The translations under genes were made by a program, and so were the position numbers. Below, piece by piece: positions 21,406 to 30,943 of a stretch of DNA of 64,000 nt. The notes beneath the pieces were generated by a model that saw only the letters and a program-made list of their open reading frames with translations, did no database searches and was not told the DNA's origin. This stretch comes from Alphaproteobacteria bacterium (GTDB lineage: Bacteria; Pseudomonadota; Alphaproteobacteria; MPNO01; UBA830): positions 5,152,001 to 5,216,000 of the forward strand of contig OZ251539.1 in the NCBI GenBank assembly GCA_965243135.1, read 5' to 3'. How positions within the stretch are numbered: position 1 is the first letter of the stretch; each line of letters opens with the position of its first letter.

Positions 21406-22047
21406 TCACGGATTCGGAACCGCCGGACGCGCGAGCGACGCGAGTTCCGCCCGCAGCAGCTCGATGCCGTCGGACCGGACGGCGCTGGTGCGGAGGATCT
21501 CCGGATGGGCCGCGGGATGCGCGGCGGTTCGCCGGCCGGCGGCGGCGGCGGCGTCGGAAAGCGGTTCCGGCTTCACCTTGTCGCATTTGGTCAGGACGAC
21601 CTGGTAGGAAACGGCGGCGCGGTCGAGGTCGCGCATCACGTCCTCGTCGGCATTCCGGATGCCGTGGCGGGCGTCGATCAGCAGGCAGACCCGGCGCAGG
21701 GTCGGGCGCCCGCGCAGATAGGCGAAGACGAGCGACGTCCAGTTTCTTATGTCGGACTTGGGAGCACGGGCGTAGCCGTAGCCGGGAAGATCCGCCATCA
21801 TCAGCGCGTCGCGCAGCACGAAGAAGTTGATCTGCCGCGTGCGGCCCGGGGCGTTCGAGGTTCTGGCCAGCGAGCGGCGTCCGGTCAGCGCGTTGACCAG
21901 GCTCGACTTGCCGACGTTCGAACGCCCCGCGAAGGCCACTTCCGGCAGCAGCGCGTCGGGCAGTCCGTCGTACGTCGCGGCGCCCGCAACGAATTCGCAC
22001 TCGCCCGCGAACAGCCAGCGTCCGTCCTCGATCGTCGCGGCATCCAT
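21406..22047 (-). CDS. engB: Ribosome biogenesis GTPase YihA/EngB
   Basis: GRSNVGKSSL (G1), DLPGYGYA (G3), TKCDK (G4) motifs. Confidence 0.95.
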   Translation of the reverse strand: MDAATIEDGRWLFAGECEFVAGAATYDGLPDALLPEVAFAGRSNVGKSSLVNALTGRRSLARTSNAPGRTRQINFFVLRDALMMADLPGYGYARAPKSDIRNWTSLVFAYLRGRPTLRRVCLLIDARHGIRNADEDVMRDLDRAAVSYQVVLTKCDKVKPEPLSDAAAAAGRRTAAHPAAHPEILRTSAVRSDGIELLRAELASLARPAVPNP

Positions 22048-22096
22048 CTCGAATTCTCCGGGCGGGGCGGAACGTTCGCGCCGCGGCGCCCGCATC

Positions 22097-24118
22097 CTAT
22101 TTGCGCTTGCGGTGCCGTCTCGGCCCGGCCGTTCTGCGCGCGCCGCCGCCGGACGGCTTGCGCCGCGGCGGCGGGCCTGCCGACCTATCGCCGCCCGGCT
22201 CCTTGCGGGAGGCTTTGCGCGAAGCCTTGCGGGGGCCGTCGCGCGGCGTTTCATCCGCCCCCTCGTCTCGCCGCGCGCTGCGCGCGCCCTTTTGCGCCGC
22301 GCCGCGCGGCGGAGGAGCCGCGGGGGCGGCGACGGTCGCGCCCGATGCCGTGACCCCCATCTGCCGCATGATCACCCATTGCTGCGCGATCGACAGGAGG
22401 TTGTTCCACGCCCAGTAGATGACGAGGCCGGCCGGGAAGCTGCCGAGCAGGAAAGTGAAGACGATGGGCAGAAGCATGAAGATCTTCTGCTGCATCGGGT
22501 CGGCGGGTTGCGGATTCAGCTTCTGCTGCAGATACATCGTCCCGCCCATGATGATGGGCCAGATGCCGATGTTGACGAGGACGAGTTCCTGGGGAACGTT
22601 CCACGGCAGCAGCCCGAAGGCGGTCAGCAGCCCGAGAGGGTCGGGCGCGGAGAGGTCGCGGATCCAGCCGAAGAAGGGCGCGTGACGCATTTCGATGGTG
22701 ACGAACAGCACCTTGTAAAGCGCGAAGAACACGGGAATCTGGATCAGGATGGGGAAGCACCCCGACATCGGGTTCGCGCCCTCCTTCTTGTAGAGCTCCA
22801 TCATCGCCTGGTTCTGGCGCTGCCGGTCGTCCTTGTGGCGCTCGCGGATTTCCATCATCTTCGGCTGCAGCTTCTTCAGCCGTGTCATCGACCGGTAGGA
22901 CTTGTTGGCGAGCGGGAAGAAGAGAATCTTGATCAGCACGGTCAGCAGCAGGATCGCGAGGCCGAAATTGCCCAACATCCGGTTGAAGTATTCGATGACG
23001 TAGAAGATCGGCTTGGTCAGGAAGTAGAACCATCCGAAGTCCACCATCCTGTCGAAGCGCGGAATGGAGAAACGCTCCTCGTAGGAATCGAGCAGCCGCA
23101 CCTCCTTGGCGCCGGCGAACAGGCGCGCCTGAAACTCCGCGGAGCCGCCCGGCTCCACGTTCTGCGCGGCGGCGAGGAAGTCCGCCTGGTACTTGTCGAC
23201 GCGTCCGGGCGCGGTATGAACGAAGCGGCCCGTGTTGAGCGCCTTCTGATCCGGGATCAGCGCGGTCGCGAAGTACTTGGCGGTGATGCCGAGCCAGCCG
23301 CCCGTCGTGGTCTGGCTCATCTCGCCGCCGTCCTCGTCCTGGATGTCGTCGTAATCGACTTCCTTCAGCGTGTTGTCGAACACTCCGAGCAGGCCCTCGT
23401 GCAGAATCCAGAATCCCGAGGTCTCCGGCGTCCCCGTCATCGACACGAGTCCGAACGCGCTGAGCGACGCAGACGCTCCGCCGCCGTTGCGCGCCCGCTG
23501 GACAACCGAGAACATGTAGTCGTCGTCGATGGAAACGACCTGGCTGAACTCGATCCCGGCGGCGTTGGTCCAGGTCAGCGTGACCGGAGCGTCCGGCGCG
23601 AGGGTCGTCCGGTCCGCGGTCCACACCGTGTCCGGGCCCGGCACCTCGACGCCCGGCGTCTGCCCGACCCAGCCGAACCGCGCGAAATAAGGCAGTTCCG
23701 TGTCGGGCGGGGAAAGCAGAACGATTCTGTCGCTGTCCTCCTCCACGGTCTGCCGGTAATCGACGAGCGTCAGGTCGTCGATCAGGGCCCCGGTCAGCCG
23801 GATCGATCCGGTCAGCCGGTCCGTCTCGATCTTCACGCGCGGCGAGGCCCCGACGACCGCTTCGCGACGGGCTGCGGCCGGAACCGCGGGCGCTCCCGCC
23901 ACCGGCGCCCCTGCGGACGGCGCCGCCTGAGGCGCGCCGGGCGGCGTTCCGGTCACGGACGGCGCCGCGGGAGCGCCGCCGACGGTTTCCGCCGCTTTCT
24001 GCGCTTCGCGCGCCGCCTGTTCCTTCTGCATGCGGGGGCCGTCGACGAAGACCATCCAGCCCAGCAGGATGGACGCGGACAGGACGATGGCCAGGATCAG
24101 GTTGCGCTGTTCCATCAT
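22097..24118 (-). CDS. yidC: Membrane protein insertase YidC with a long basic C-terminal tail
   Basis: DFGWFYFLTKP, GNFGLAILLLT, GCFPILIQIPVFFALYKVL, GLVIYWAWNN motifs. Confidence 0.96.
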   Translation of the reverse strand: MMEQRNLILAIVLSASILLGWMVFVDGPRMQKEQAAREAQKAAETVGGAPAAPSVTGTPPGAPQAAPSAGAPVAGAPAVPAAARREAVVGASPRVKIETDRLTGSIRLTGALIDDLTLVDYRQTVEEDSDRIVLLSPPDTELPYFARFGWVGQTPGVEVPGPDTVWTADRTTLAPDAPVTLTWTNAAGIEFSQVVSIDDDYMFSVVQRARNGGGASASLSAFGLVSMTGTPETSGFWILHEGLLGVFDNTLKEVDYDDIQDEDGGEMSQTTTGGWLGITAKYFATALIPDQKALNTGRFVHTAPGRVDKYQADFLAAAQNVEPGGSAEFQARLFAGAKEVRLLDSYEERFSIPRFDRMVDFGWFYFLTKPIFYVIEYFNRMLGNFGLAILLLTVLIKILFFPLANKSYRSMTRLKKLQPKMMEIRERHKDDRQRQNQAMMELYKKEGANPMSGCFPILIQIPVFFALYKVLFVTIEMRHAPFFGWIRDLSAPDPLGLLTAFGLLPWNVPQELVLVNIGIWPIIMGGTMYLQQKLNPQPADPMQQKIFMLLPIVFTFLLGSFPAGLVIYWAWNNLLSIAQQWVIMRQMGVTASGATVAAPAAPPPRGAAQKGARSARRDEGADETPRDGPRKASRKASRKEPGGDRSAGPPPRRKPSGGGARRTAGPRRHRKRK

Positions 24119-24121
24119 GGC

Positions 24122-24364
24122 TCAGTTCCTGCGTTCCGGGACGGGATCGAAACCTCCTCCGCCCCAGGGGTGGCAGCGCAGAATTCTTCTGACGGCGAGC
24201 CAGCCGCCGCGGACGGCGCCGTGATTCCGGAATGCGTCCACCGCGTAACGGGAACAGCTGGGATGGAAGCGGCAGGATCGCGGCAGAACCGGCGACACGA
24301 AGGACCTGTATCCCCTCACGAGCAGGACCAGCGCCGCAGCCGGAATATTCGTTGCAGGTTTCAT
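24122..24364 (-). CDS. yidD: Membrane protein insertion efficiency factor
   Basis: [28 protein letters not shown] motifs. Confidence 0.93.
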   Translation of the reverse strand: MKPATNIPAAALVLLVRGYRSFVSPVLPRSCRFHPSCSRYAVDAFRNHGAVRGGWLAVRRILRCHPWGGGGFDPVPERRN

Positions 24365-24729
24365 GTCCTTTCGCCCCGTTGCGCGCTCCGCGCCGCTCCC
24401 AGTTTTCGCAACCCCTCCTCCAGATCCCGCTTCAGCGCCTCGAACGGCCGTCCGGGCGAGGTCTTGCGGCCGATCAGCACGTAGTCGCATTCTTCATCCG
24501 CAACCCGAGGCAACACGTCCTCCGCCGCCGCGCGCAGGCGCCGCCGCACGCGGTTGCGCACCACTGCGTTACCGACCCTCCGGCTTGCCGTCAGCCCGTA
24601 ACGCGGCCCGTCCGCCCGGTCGCCGGGCGGTTGCGCCGCCGCCTGCAGCACGAGGCCGGGCATGGCGCATTTCCTGCCTCTCGCGGCGACCCGGAGGAAT
24701 TGCCGACGCGTCTTGAGGCGCTGGAGCAT
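24361..24729 (-). CDS. rnpA: Ribonuclease P protein component
   Basis: [22 protein letters not shown] (RNR motif); between rpmH and yidD. Confidence 0.93.
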   Translation of the reverse strand: MLQRLKTRRQFLRVAARGRKCAMPGLVLQAAAQPPGDRADGPRYGLTASRRVGNAVVRNRVRRRLRAAAEDVLPRVADEECDYVLIGRKTSPGRPFEALKRDLEEGLRKLGAARSAQRGERT

Positions 24730-24742
24730 CGCGCCCTCGCGG

Positions 24743-24877
24743 TCATGCGGAAAGGCGCTTGCGGCCCTTGGCGCGGCGGCGGGCGAGAACCCGACGGCCG
24801 CCGACGGTTTGCTTGCGCGCGCGAAAGCCGTGCCGACGTTTTCGGACGAGGACGCTGGGTTGGAAAGTACGTTTCAA
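24743..24877 (-). CDS. rpmH: 50S ribosomal protein L34 (not in the ORF track)
   Basis: Manual translation from a TTG start: [44 protein letters not shown]; GGAG RBS. Confidence 0.97.
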   Translation of the reverse strand: MKRTFQPSVLVRKRRHGFRARKQTVGGRRVLARRRAKGRKRLSA

Positions 24878-24906
24878 GGCTGACTCCGGCTAGGCGACAA
24901 AGGGGC

Positions 24907-24935
24907 TGTATAGTGGCGCGAGGCGTTCAAGTCAA
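24907..24935 (-). promoter_or_regulatory. Sigma70-type promoter of the rpmH operon
   Basis: Minus strand TTGACT-N17-TATACA about 30 bp upstream of rpmH. Confidence 0.65.
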
Positions 24936-25149
24936 TGCATTCCAGAGCCGTTTGCGCTGTGCCATTTTTTGTCGGCCCGCCGCCCGGCCGACGCCCCGCG
25001 GACCGCTCCGCCCGCTCGCCGGCAATCCTCCGCCGTTCCGGCAGGCCAGATGCCCGCGCAAGCGAGATCCCCGGCGATGCAATGGCGGTGCTGCTCGCTC
25101 GACCCGGCCGGTCATGCGCCATGCGCTCATCGAGAATGGCAGGCGTACG

Positions 25150-25764
25150 CTATTCGGTCTTGCGTCCGCGACTTTTTCGCCAAAGAAGGTCGGTGAGTTT
25201 TTCGACGCCGAGATCCGGTTCCGCGTTTTGCTCTTCCATGACTGAAGCTCCATAACGCCCACCGTACTTTTCGTCATGAACGGCAAGGATGCTCGCCAAC
25301 ACTCGATCAAGCGCGGCGTTGTGAAACCGTTTGTTGAGATTCCGATTTTCGTGAAGGTATCTCCAACCCTTGAATGCGTTGCTGTGGAATTCTAAAATCT
25401 CGCTTACGGACATGAATTCTGGTGAGGTTTCGATCCCGGAAACCTTGGGACTAGGCGGCGATTTTTCCTCGATTGAATCTCGTAACTCCTTGTTCAATTT
25501 CTTGTAGATTTTCGCCAGATCATGAGTCCTCGCATGCTTTTCGCGCCCTCCACGATACAGCAGAGCTTTCAGCGCCAATTCCGTTGCGAACGCCAACAGG
25601 ATCGGAATCGCCAAAAATGCGCCCTCGAACAGAAATATGTCCCGTTCGGTATGAAAGCATCCATTTTCGTCGACTTTATTGACAAAGCGATGCAACGAGA
25701 TCGCGGTTCGAATCATCTCATCGGTTTCAGCGGTCTCGACCGGGCCATCGGGCTTCTCGGACAT
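25150..25764 (-). CDS. HEPN-like domain protein
   Basis: LAFATELALKALL...THDLAKIY...AFKGWRYLHE follows the HEPN-type ELxLK / HDL / RY pattern; GC visibly lower than flanks. Confidence 0.6.
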   Translation of the reverse strand: MSEKPDGPVETAETDEMIRTAISLHRFVNKVDENGCFHTERDIFLFEGAFLAIPILLAFATELALKALLYRGGREKHARTHDLAKIYKKLNKELRDSIEEKSPPSPKVSGIETSPEFMSVSEILEFHSNAFKGWRYLHENRNLNKRFHNAALDRVLASILAVHDEKYGGRYGASVMEEQNAEPDLGVEKLTDLLWRKSRGRKTE

Positions 25765-25962
25765 GGCAACTGTCTGGTCTACGCAGTCGAGTCGTGTTCG
25801 CGGACGAGTTAAGTCGGCCGGGAGATTCCATTCGTCGGATAGAACCCGGATCGTCGATAGCACGGGCGGATGCCGGTGACCAAGCGTTTTCGAGGCGCGA
25901 GACCGGGAGACGCCGAGAGATCGCGCACCCTTCATGAGCCGGTCTCCCGCGAAGGTTCCTCG

Positions 25963-25980
25963 CCTTGGCGGGAATTGCCG
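25963..25980 (-). mobile_element. Orphan degenerate terminal inverted repeat of the resident IS
   Basis: CCTTGGCGGGAATTGCCG matches the IS end CCTTAGCGGGAATTGCTG (46901-46918) at 16/18. Confidence 0.5.
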
Positions 25981-26069
25981 CTTTCCGGCAATGGCCCTGC
26001 GAAGGGTATGGTGGTAGTCTTGAGATCGACCTTCCGTCTGGAAATCCGGCAGACACGCCTTCGGGAGCG

Positions 26070-26840
26070 ATGGCGATGAGTGACGACCGCGACGCTGGAA
26101 CGCAGCCCGCCGCGCCGGATGCGCCGCGCAGGTCCGGACTATCGCTCGGGCGGCTTCTGCCGGCGGCGGCGCTGATCGCGGGGCTTGCGGCGTTTTTCGC
26201 GTTCGGTCTGGATGAATACGTTTCGCTGGAGGCGCTGAAGACGCATCGCGAGACCCTCGGACAGTGGGTTGCCGGGTACGGGTTCGGGGCGGCGGCAATC
26301 TATACCGTCGTCTACGCTCTCGCCGTTTCCTTCTCGATCCCGGGGGCCGTGTTCATCACCATCGCCGGCGGTTTCATGTTCGGACCTTACGCGGCCACGG
26401 CCTGCGTCGTCGTCGGCGCGACGGTCGGCGCGACCGCGGTTTTCCTCGCCGCCCGGTACGCGCTCGCCGACTTTCTGCGCGGCAAGGCCGGCGCCGCGAT
26501 CGAACGCATGGAAGCGGGATTCCGCGAAAACGCGGCCAGCTACATGCTCGTTCTGCGGCTGGTGCCGCTTTTTCCGTTCTGGCTCGTCAATCTCGTGCCG
26601 GCGTTTCTCGGCGTCAGGCTCGGAACCTATGTGATCTGCACCTTTCTCGGCATAATTCCCGGCTCCTTCGTCTACGCCCTGGTCGGCGACGGCGCCGGAG
26701 CCGTGCTGGACGAGGGCGGCGATCTGAATCTCGGCATCGTCTTCGAACCGAGATTCCTCGCGCCCATCGTCGGCTTGGCGGTTCTGGCCTGCATTCCGGC
26801 GGTCTACAAGCGGACCGCCGGACGGAAACGATCCGCCTGA
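26070..26840 (+). CDS. TVP38/TMEM64 (DedA/VTT domain) membrane protein
   Basis: SIPGAVFITIAGGFMFG, LRLVPLFPFWLVNL, TFLGIIPG motifs; start at 26070 or 26076. Confidence 0.88.
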   Translation: MAMSDDRDAGTQPAAPDAPRRSGLSLGRLLPAAALIAGLAAFFAFGLDEYVSLEALKTHRETLGQWVAGYGFGAAAIYTVVYALAVSFSIPGAVFITIAGGFMFGPYAATACVVVGATVGATAVFLAARYALADFLRGKAGAAIERMEAGFRENAASYMLVLRLVPLFPFWLVNLVPAFLGVRLGTYVICTFLGIIPGSFVYALVGDGAGAVLDEGGDLNLGIVFEPRFLAPIVGLAVLACIPAVYKRTAGRKRSA

Positions 26841-26855
26841 CGGGAGAAGGGAGCG

Positions 26856-28280
26856 ATGCCGGACTTGGTTTCCGCCGACATTTGCGTGATCGGAGGCGGC
26901 GCGGGCGGGCTTTCCGTCGCCGCCGGCGCATCCCAGATGGGCGCCGACGTCGTTCTCGTCGAGCGCGGCAAGATGGGCGGCGACTGCCTGAACTACGGTT
27001 GCGTTCCCTCCAAGTCGATGATCGCGGCGGCCCGCGCGGCGCACGCCGTCCGGAAGGCCGGCCGGTTCGGAGTCCTGGCGGCGGAACCCGGCGTCGATTA
27101 CGAGAGGCTGCACGCCCACATCCGCGACGTCGTCGACGGCATCGCGGTCCACGACTCCGTCGAGAGATTCGAGGGCCTCGGCGTGCGGGTCGTCCGCGCG
27201 CCGGCCAAATTCGTCGGTCCGGCGCGCGTGCAGGCGGGCGACGCGACGATCGAGGCCAGGAGGTTCGTGATCGCGACGGGTTCGTCGCCGGGCGTTCCGC
27301 CGATCCCGGGCTTGGCGGACGCGCCGTTTCTGACGAACGAGACCGTGTTCGAAAACCGCGCTGCGCCGGAGCATCTCGTCGTCATCGGCGGCGGTCCGAT
27401 CGGCAGCGAACTGGCCCAGGCGCACCGGAGGCTCGGGTGCCGGGTCACCATCCTCGAAATGTTCGCCGTTCTCGGCAGGGACGATCCGGAACTCGCCGAA
27501 ATCGTCAAGAACCGCATGCGCGCCGAGGGAATAGAAATGCACGAGGGGGTGGCGGTCACCGGCGTCGAGAAAACCGGGAACGGCGTCGCCGTGACCGTCG
27601 AGCGGGACGGCAGGGAGGCGCGCATCGACGCTTCCCATCTTCTGGTTTCGGCGGGGCGCTCGCCCAATCTCGACGGTCTCGATCTCGAAGCCGCGGGAAT
27701 CGCATACGACAAACGCGGGGTGAAGGTCGACGCGAGGCTGCGCACGACCAACCGGCGGGTATTCGCCATCGGCGACGCCGCCGGGGGGCTCCAGTTCACG
27801 CACGTGGCCAACTACCACGCCGGCATCGTGATACGAAACGCGTTGTTTCGTCTCCCCGCGAAAGCGGATCATCGCGCGGCGCCACGGGTCACCTACACCG
27901 ATCCGGAACTCGCCCACGTCGGGCTTGCCGAAGCGCAGGCGCGCGACAGGCACGGAGCCATCCGCGTGCTTCGCCATCCCTTCGCCGACAACGACCGGGC
28001 GCGGGCGGAGCGCGAAACCGACGGTCTGGTGAAGATCGTCACGACCTCCAAGGGCGTCGTGGTCGGCGCCTCCATCGTCGGCCCGCATGCGGGAGAACTG
28101 ATCCAGAGCTGGATTTTGCCGATCGGAAAGAAAATGAAGATCGGGCAGCTTGCCGGTCTGATCCTGCCCTATCCGACGCTCGGCGAAGCCGGCAAGCGCG
28201 CCGCCGGCAGCTTTTTCACGCCCTCGCTCTTCGGCGAAAGAACCCGGAAGATCGTGAGGCTTCTCATGCGTTTTCCCTGA
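26856..28280 (+). CDS. Class I pyridine nucleotide-disulfide oxidoreductase (Lpd/MerA-like)
   Basis: VIGGGAGG, GGDCLNYGCVPSK redox-active disulfide, IGGGPIG, AIGD, PYPTLGE motifs; no C-terminal CC pair of true MerA. Confidence 0.88.
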   Translation: MPDLVSADICVIGGGAGGLSVAAGASQMGADVVLVERGKMGGDCLNYGCVPSKSMIAAARAAHAVRKAGRFGVLAAEPGVDYERLHAHIRDVVDGIAVHDSVERFEGLGVRVVRAPAKFVGPARVQAGDATIEARRFVIATGSSPGVPPIPGLADAPFLTNETVFENRAAPEHLVVIGGGPIGSELAQAHRRLGCRVTILEMFAVLGRDDPELAEIVKNRMRAEGIEMHEGVAVTGVEKTGNGVAVTVERDGREARIDASHLLVSAGRSPNLDGLDLEAAGIAYDKRGVKVDARLRTTNRRVFAIGDAAGGLQFTHVANYHAGIVIRNALFRLPAKADHRAAPRVTYTDPELAHVGLAEAQARDRHGAIRVLRHPFADNDRARAERETDGLVKIVTTSKGVVVGASIVGPHAGELIQSWILPIGKKMKIGQLAGLILPYPTLGEAGKRAAGSFFTPSLFGERTRKIVRLLMRFP

Positions 28281-29315
28281 CGTCGCCGCTCGCCTGCGCC
28301 GCGTCATGGCGATCCTGCTTTGCGTTGCATTCCCGGGTTTGCGGTTTCGCTTTCGCGAGCCGCTTCGGTTGATGGCTTGGAACGAGCACATGGTTTTCGG
28401 CGGCGGAAGTCCGCTCGCTCGACCGGACGACGCTCTCGCTCGACAGAACCGTTGCCTGGCGTTCAGGCGTTTCGCCGCTTGCGGCGCATGTCGTCGCGCG
28501 CCTCCGGCGCCGAACCAACTGCAGGTGCGAGGCCTGCCGCGACGATCGTCGTCGGTTGCGCGCGGCTTTCCCTGGCGAGGGGGCTTGCCGTCGCGTTGCG
28601 TCGGCCCTGGTTTCCGCGGCGAGGGCGTCGACCTTGCCGTCGAGGCTCGCGAAGCCGGCGTCGTTGTCGCCGCGCGTCGTCTTCGCTGGCGGCGCCGGCC
28701 GTCGGCGTTCGCTTCCGCCCGCGGCCTCCTGGCCGTGCGTTGAGCGTGTCGAACGCGCTTGCAACCATGGTCGCCTACTGCGGGCGGGCTTCCTCGGAGC
28801 GACAGGTTCGCTCGCCTCCGCGCTTTTCCCCGCCGGCCGGCCTTGCCGCCACGGAAACTGCCGGCTGCTTGTCGCGCGACGCAGCGCGGGACAGGCATGG
28901 CGACGCGCGGCAACCGATTGCGGATCCGCGCGGAATCGCATACTGTCGGTCGCGTGCCTTCGATTTGCCGGGACGCTGTCCGCAAGATGTCGAATGATCG
29001 GGAAAATCGCAGCGGACGTTGCCGCGTCGGCAGCGGCTTCCGCCGAATCGCGCGCGGCGGCTTCGGTTGGGGGCGCTTCGCTCCGGGCCGCTGCGGCCGC
29101 CGGCATCCTCGCGCGGCTGGATAGTTCTACTGCCTCGCAAGGGCGCATACGGCGCGACGGAGCCGCGCCCGGAGTTCCGGACGACGAATGCCGGCGAATC
29201 GCCTTGCGGCCGACAGGCGCCATGCCGGGAAGCGGCCGGGGAATGACCGGTCGCCCGCAGGCGAAGCTCGCGTCCGGCGCTTCTCCGGGCCGGACTCCGG
29301 TTTTTCGGGCCGGCC

Positions 29316-30701
29316 GTGGCTGATCGCCGCCTTCCGCTCACGGGCCTTTCCGCCCGTCTGCTTTTCCTCACGATCTTCTTCGTGATGCTGATCGAAGTCT
29401 TCATCTACGCGCCGTCGATCGGCCGCTACCGGCTCGCCTACCTGGAGGATCGGGTCGACGCCGCCTATATCGCGAGTCTCGCGCTGCAGACGCCGTCCGA
29501 CCACCGGATCGAACTCATAAAGGAATTGCTGCGAAGCTCGCAGTCCTACGCCATCATCTTGCGGCGTCCGGACTCGAAGACGCTGATCCAAATTCGCGAC
29601 GACATGCCGCCGAAAACCGACGCAACCTGCGACGTTCGCGAAATGGACTTGCTGGTTCTGATCGCGGAGGCTCTGGCCGTCTTGTGGCGCGACGAACCGC
29701 GCATGCTCCGGGTGGTGGGCCCGTCGCCGCGCGATCCCGGCACGGTCATCGAAACCGTGATCAGCGAACGGCCCATGCGCGAGGACATGCTCGATTACTC
29801 CGGCCGCATCCTGTTGTTGTCCGTCATCATCTCGGTTTTCTCCGCGGTGCTTGTCTACGGGTGCCTCCAGTGGATGTTCGTAAGGCCCGTCCGCCGTCTG
29901 ACGGACAGCATGGTGAACTTCCGCCGCGACCCTGACGACGCCGGCGGGATGATCCGCCCGACCGGGCGGCGCGACGAGATCGGCAGCGCGCAGCACGAAC
30001 TGGCGCAGATGCAGCGCCGCATTCACGACGCGCTCGGCCAGCGCGCTCGGCTGGCGGCTCTGGGCGCCGCCGTGGCCAAGATCAATCACGACCTGCGGAA
30101 CATTCTCGCCACGGCGAGATTGGTCTCCGACCGGGTTTCCGCAAGCGACGATCCGGCAGTGCGCCGCGTCGCTCCGACGTTGTTCGGCGCGATCGACCGG
30201 GCGGTGACGTTGTGCAGCCGCACGCTCAACTTCGCGAGCGAGGGAAGCCCGCCTCCGGAACCCGAGCGGTTCGACCTGCGCGCGCTGGTCGGCGACGTCG
30301 CCGTCGATGTCGCCGCCGACGAGGGCCGCGCGGTCGAAAACGCCGTTCCGCCCGGCTTCGATGTCTTCGCGGACCGGGATCAATTGTACCGCGTCCTGTT
30401 CAATTTGGCTCTCAACGCGTTTCAGGCCGGCGCCGGCTCCGTCGCCGTTTCGGCGGCGGCGGACGGCGAGAACGCGGTCGTCGAGGTCGCCGACGACGGC
30501 CCGGGACTGCCCGCCAAGGTGCGCGAGGACCTGTTCAGGCCGTTCCGCGGCGCCGCGCGGGCTGGCGGCACGGGGCTCGGGCTCGCCATCGCCCGCGATC
30601 TGATGCGGGGCCATGGCGGCGACATCGAATTGTCGCGGACCGGCGCCGACGGGTCCGCCTTCGTTCTGCAGCTGCCTGTCGAGGCGCGCCGCGCCGCGTA
30701 G
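29316..30701 (+). CDS. HAMP-domain sensor histidine kinase (orphan)
   Basis: Two TM segments, RRDEIG HAMP, KINHDLRN H-box, NLALNA, DDGPG, GTGLGL boxes. Confidence 0.9.
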   Translation: MADRRLPLTGLSARLLFLTIFFVMLIEVFIYAPSIGRYRLAYLEDRVDAAYIASLALQTPSDHRIELIKELLRSSQSYAIILRRPDSKTLIQIRDDMPPKTDATCDVREMDLLVLIAEALAVLWRDEPRMLRVVGPSPRDPGTVIETVISERPMREDMLDYSGRILLLSVIISVFSAVLVYGCLQWMFVRPVRRLTDSMVNFRRDPDDAGGMIRPTGRRDEIGSAQHELAQMQRRIHDALGQRARLAALGAAVAKINHDLRNILATARLVSDRVSASDDPAVRRVAPTLFGAIDRAVTLCSRTLNFASEGSPPPEPERFDLRALVGDVAVDVAADEGRAVENAVPPGFDVFADRDQLYRVLFNLALNAFQAGAGSVAVSAAADGENAVVEVADDGPGLPAKVREDLFRPFRGAARAGGTGLGLAIARDLMRGHGGDIELSRTGADGSAFVLQLPVEARRAA

Positions 30702-30754
30702 TTGTCCGCCGGTCGCGGGACGGCTATCATCTTTCGGGCGATCGGGAACGGGCA

Positions 30755-30943
30755 ATGGACAATCTTTCGAACTGGATCCTGGGTTTCAGCGCTGTCGTGA
30801 TGGGCGTCGCGGGCCTTTTCGTCGCGTCCCACGCCGGCGCGGGCGTCGGATATTACGGCGGACTGGCGATGTTCTGCTTCAGTCTGCTGTTCGTTTTCCA
30901 CCTGGTGCGGACGACTCTCGACCGCGAAGAGGGGGAGCGCTGA
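30755..30943 (+). CDS. Small 62-aa two-TM membrane protein
   Basis: MDNLSNWILGFSAVVMGVAGLFVASHA...YYGGLAMFCFSLLFVFHLV: natural-looking, with two hydrophobic helices. Confidence 0.7.
   Translation: MDNLSNWILGFSAVVMGVAGLFVASHAGAGVGYYGGLAMFCFSLLFVFHLVRTTLDREEGER

Noticed and set aside
26856-28280. merA mercury resistance call
   Set aside because: No C-terminal cysteine pair, no N-terminal metal-binding domain and no mer operon genes.
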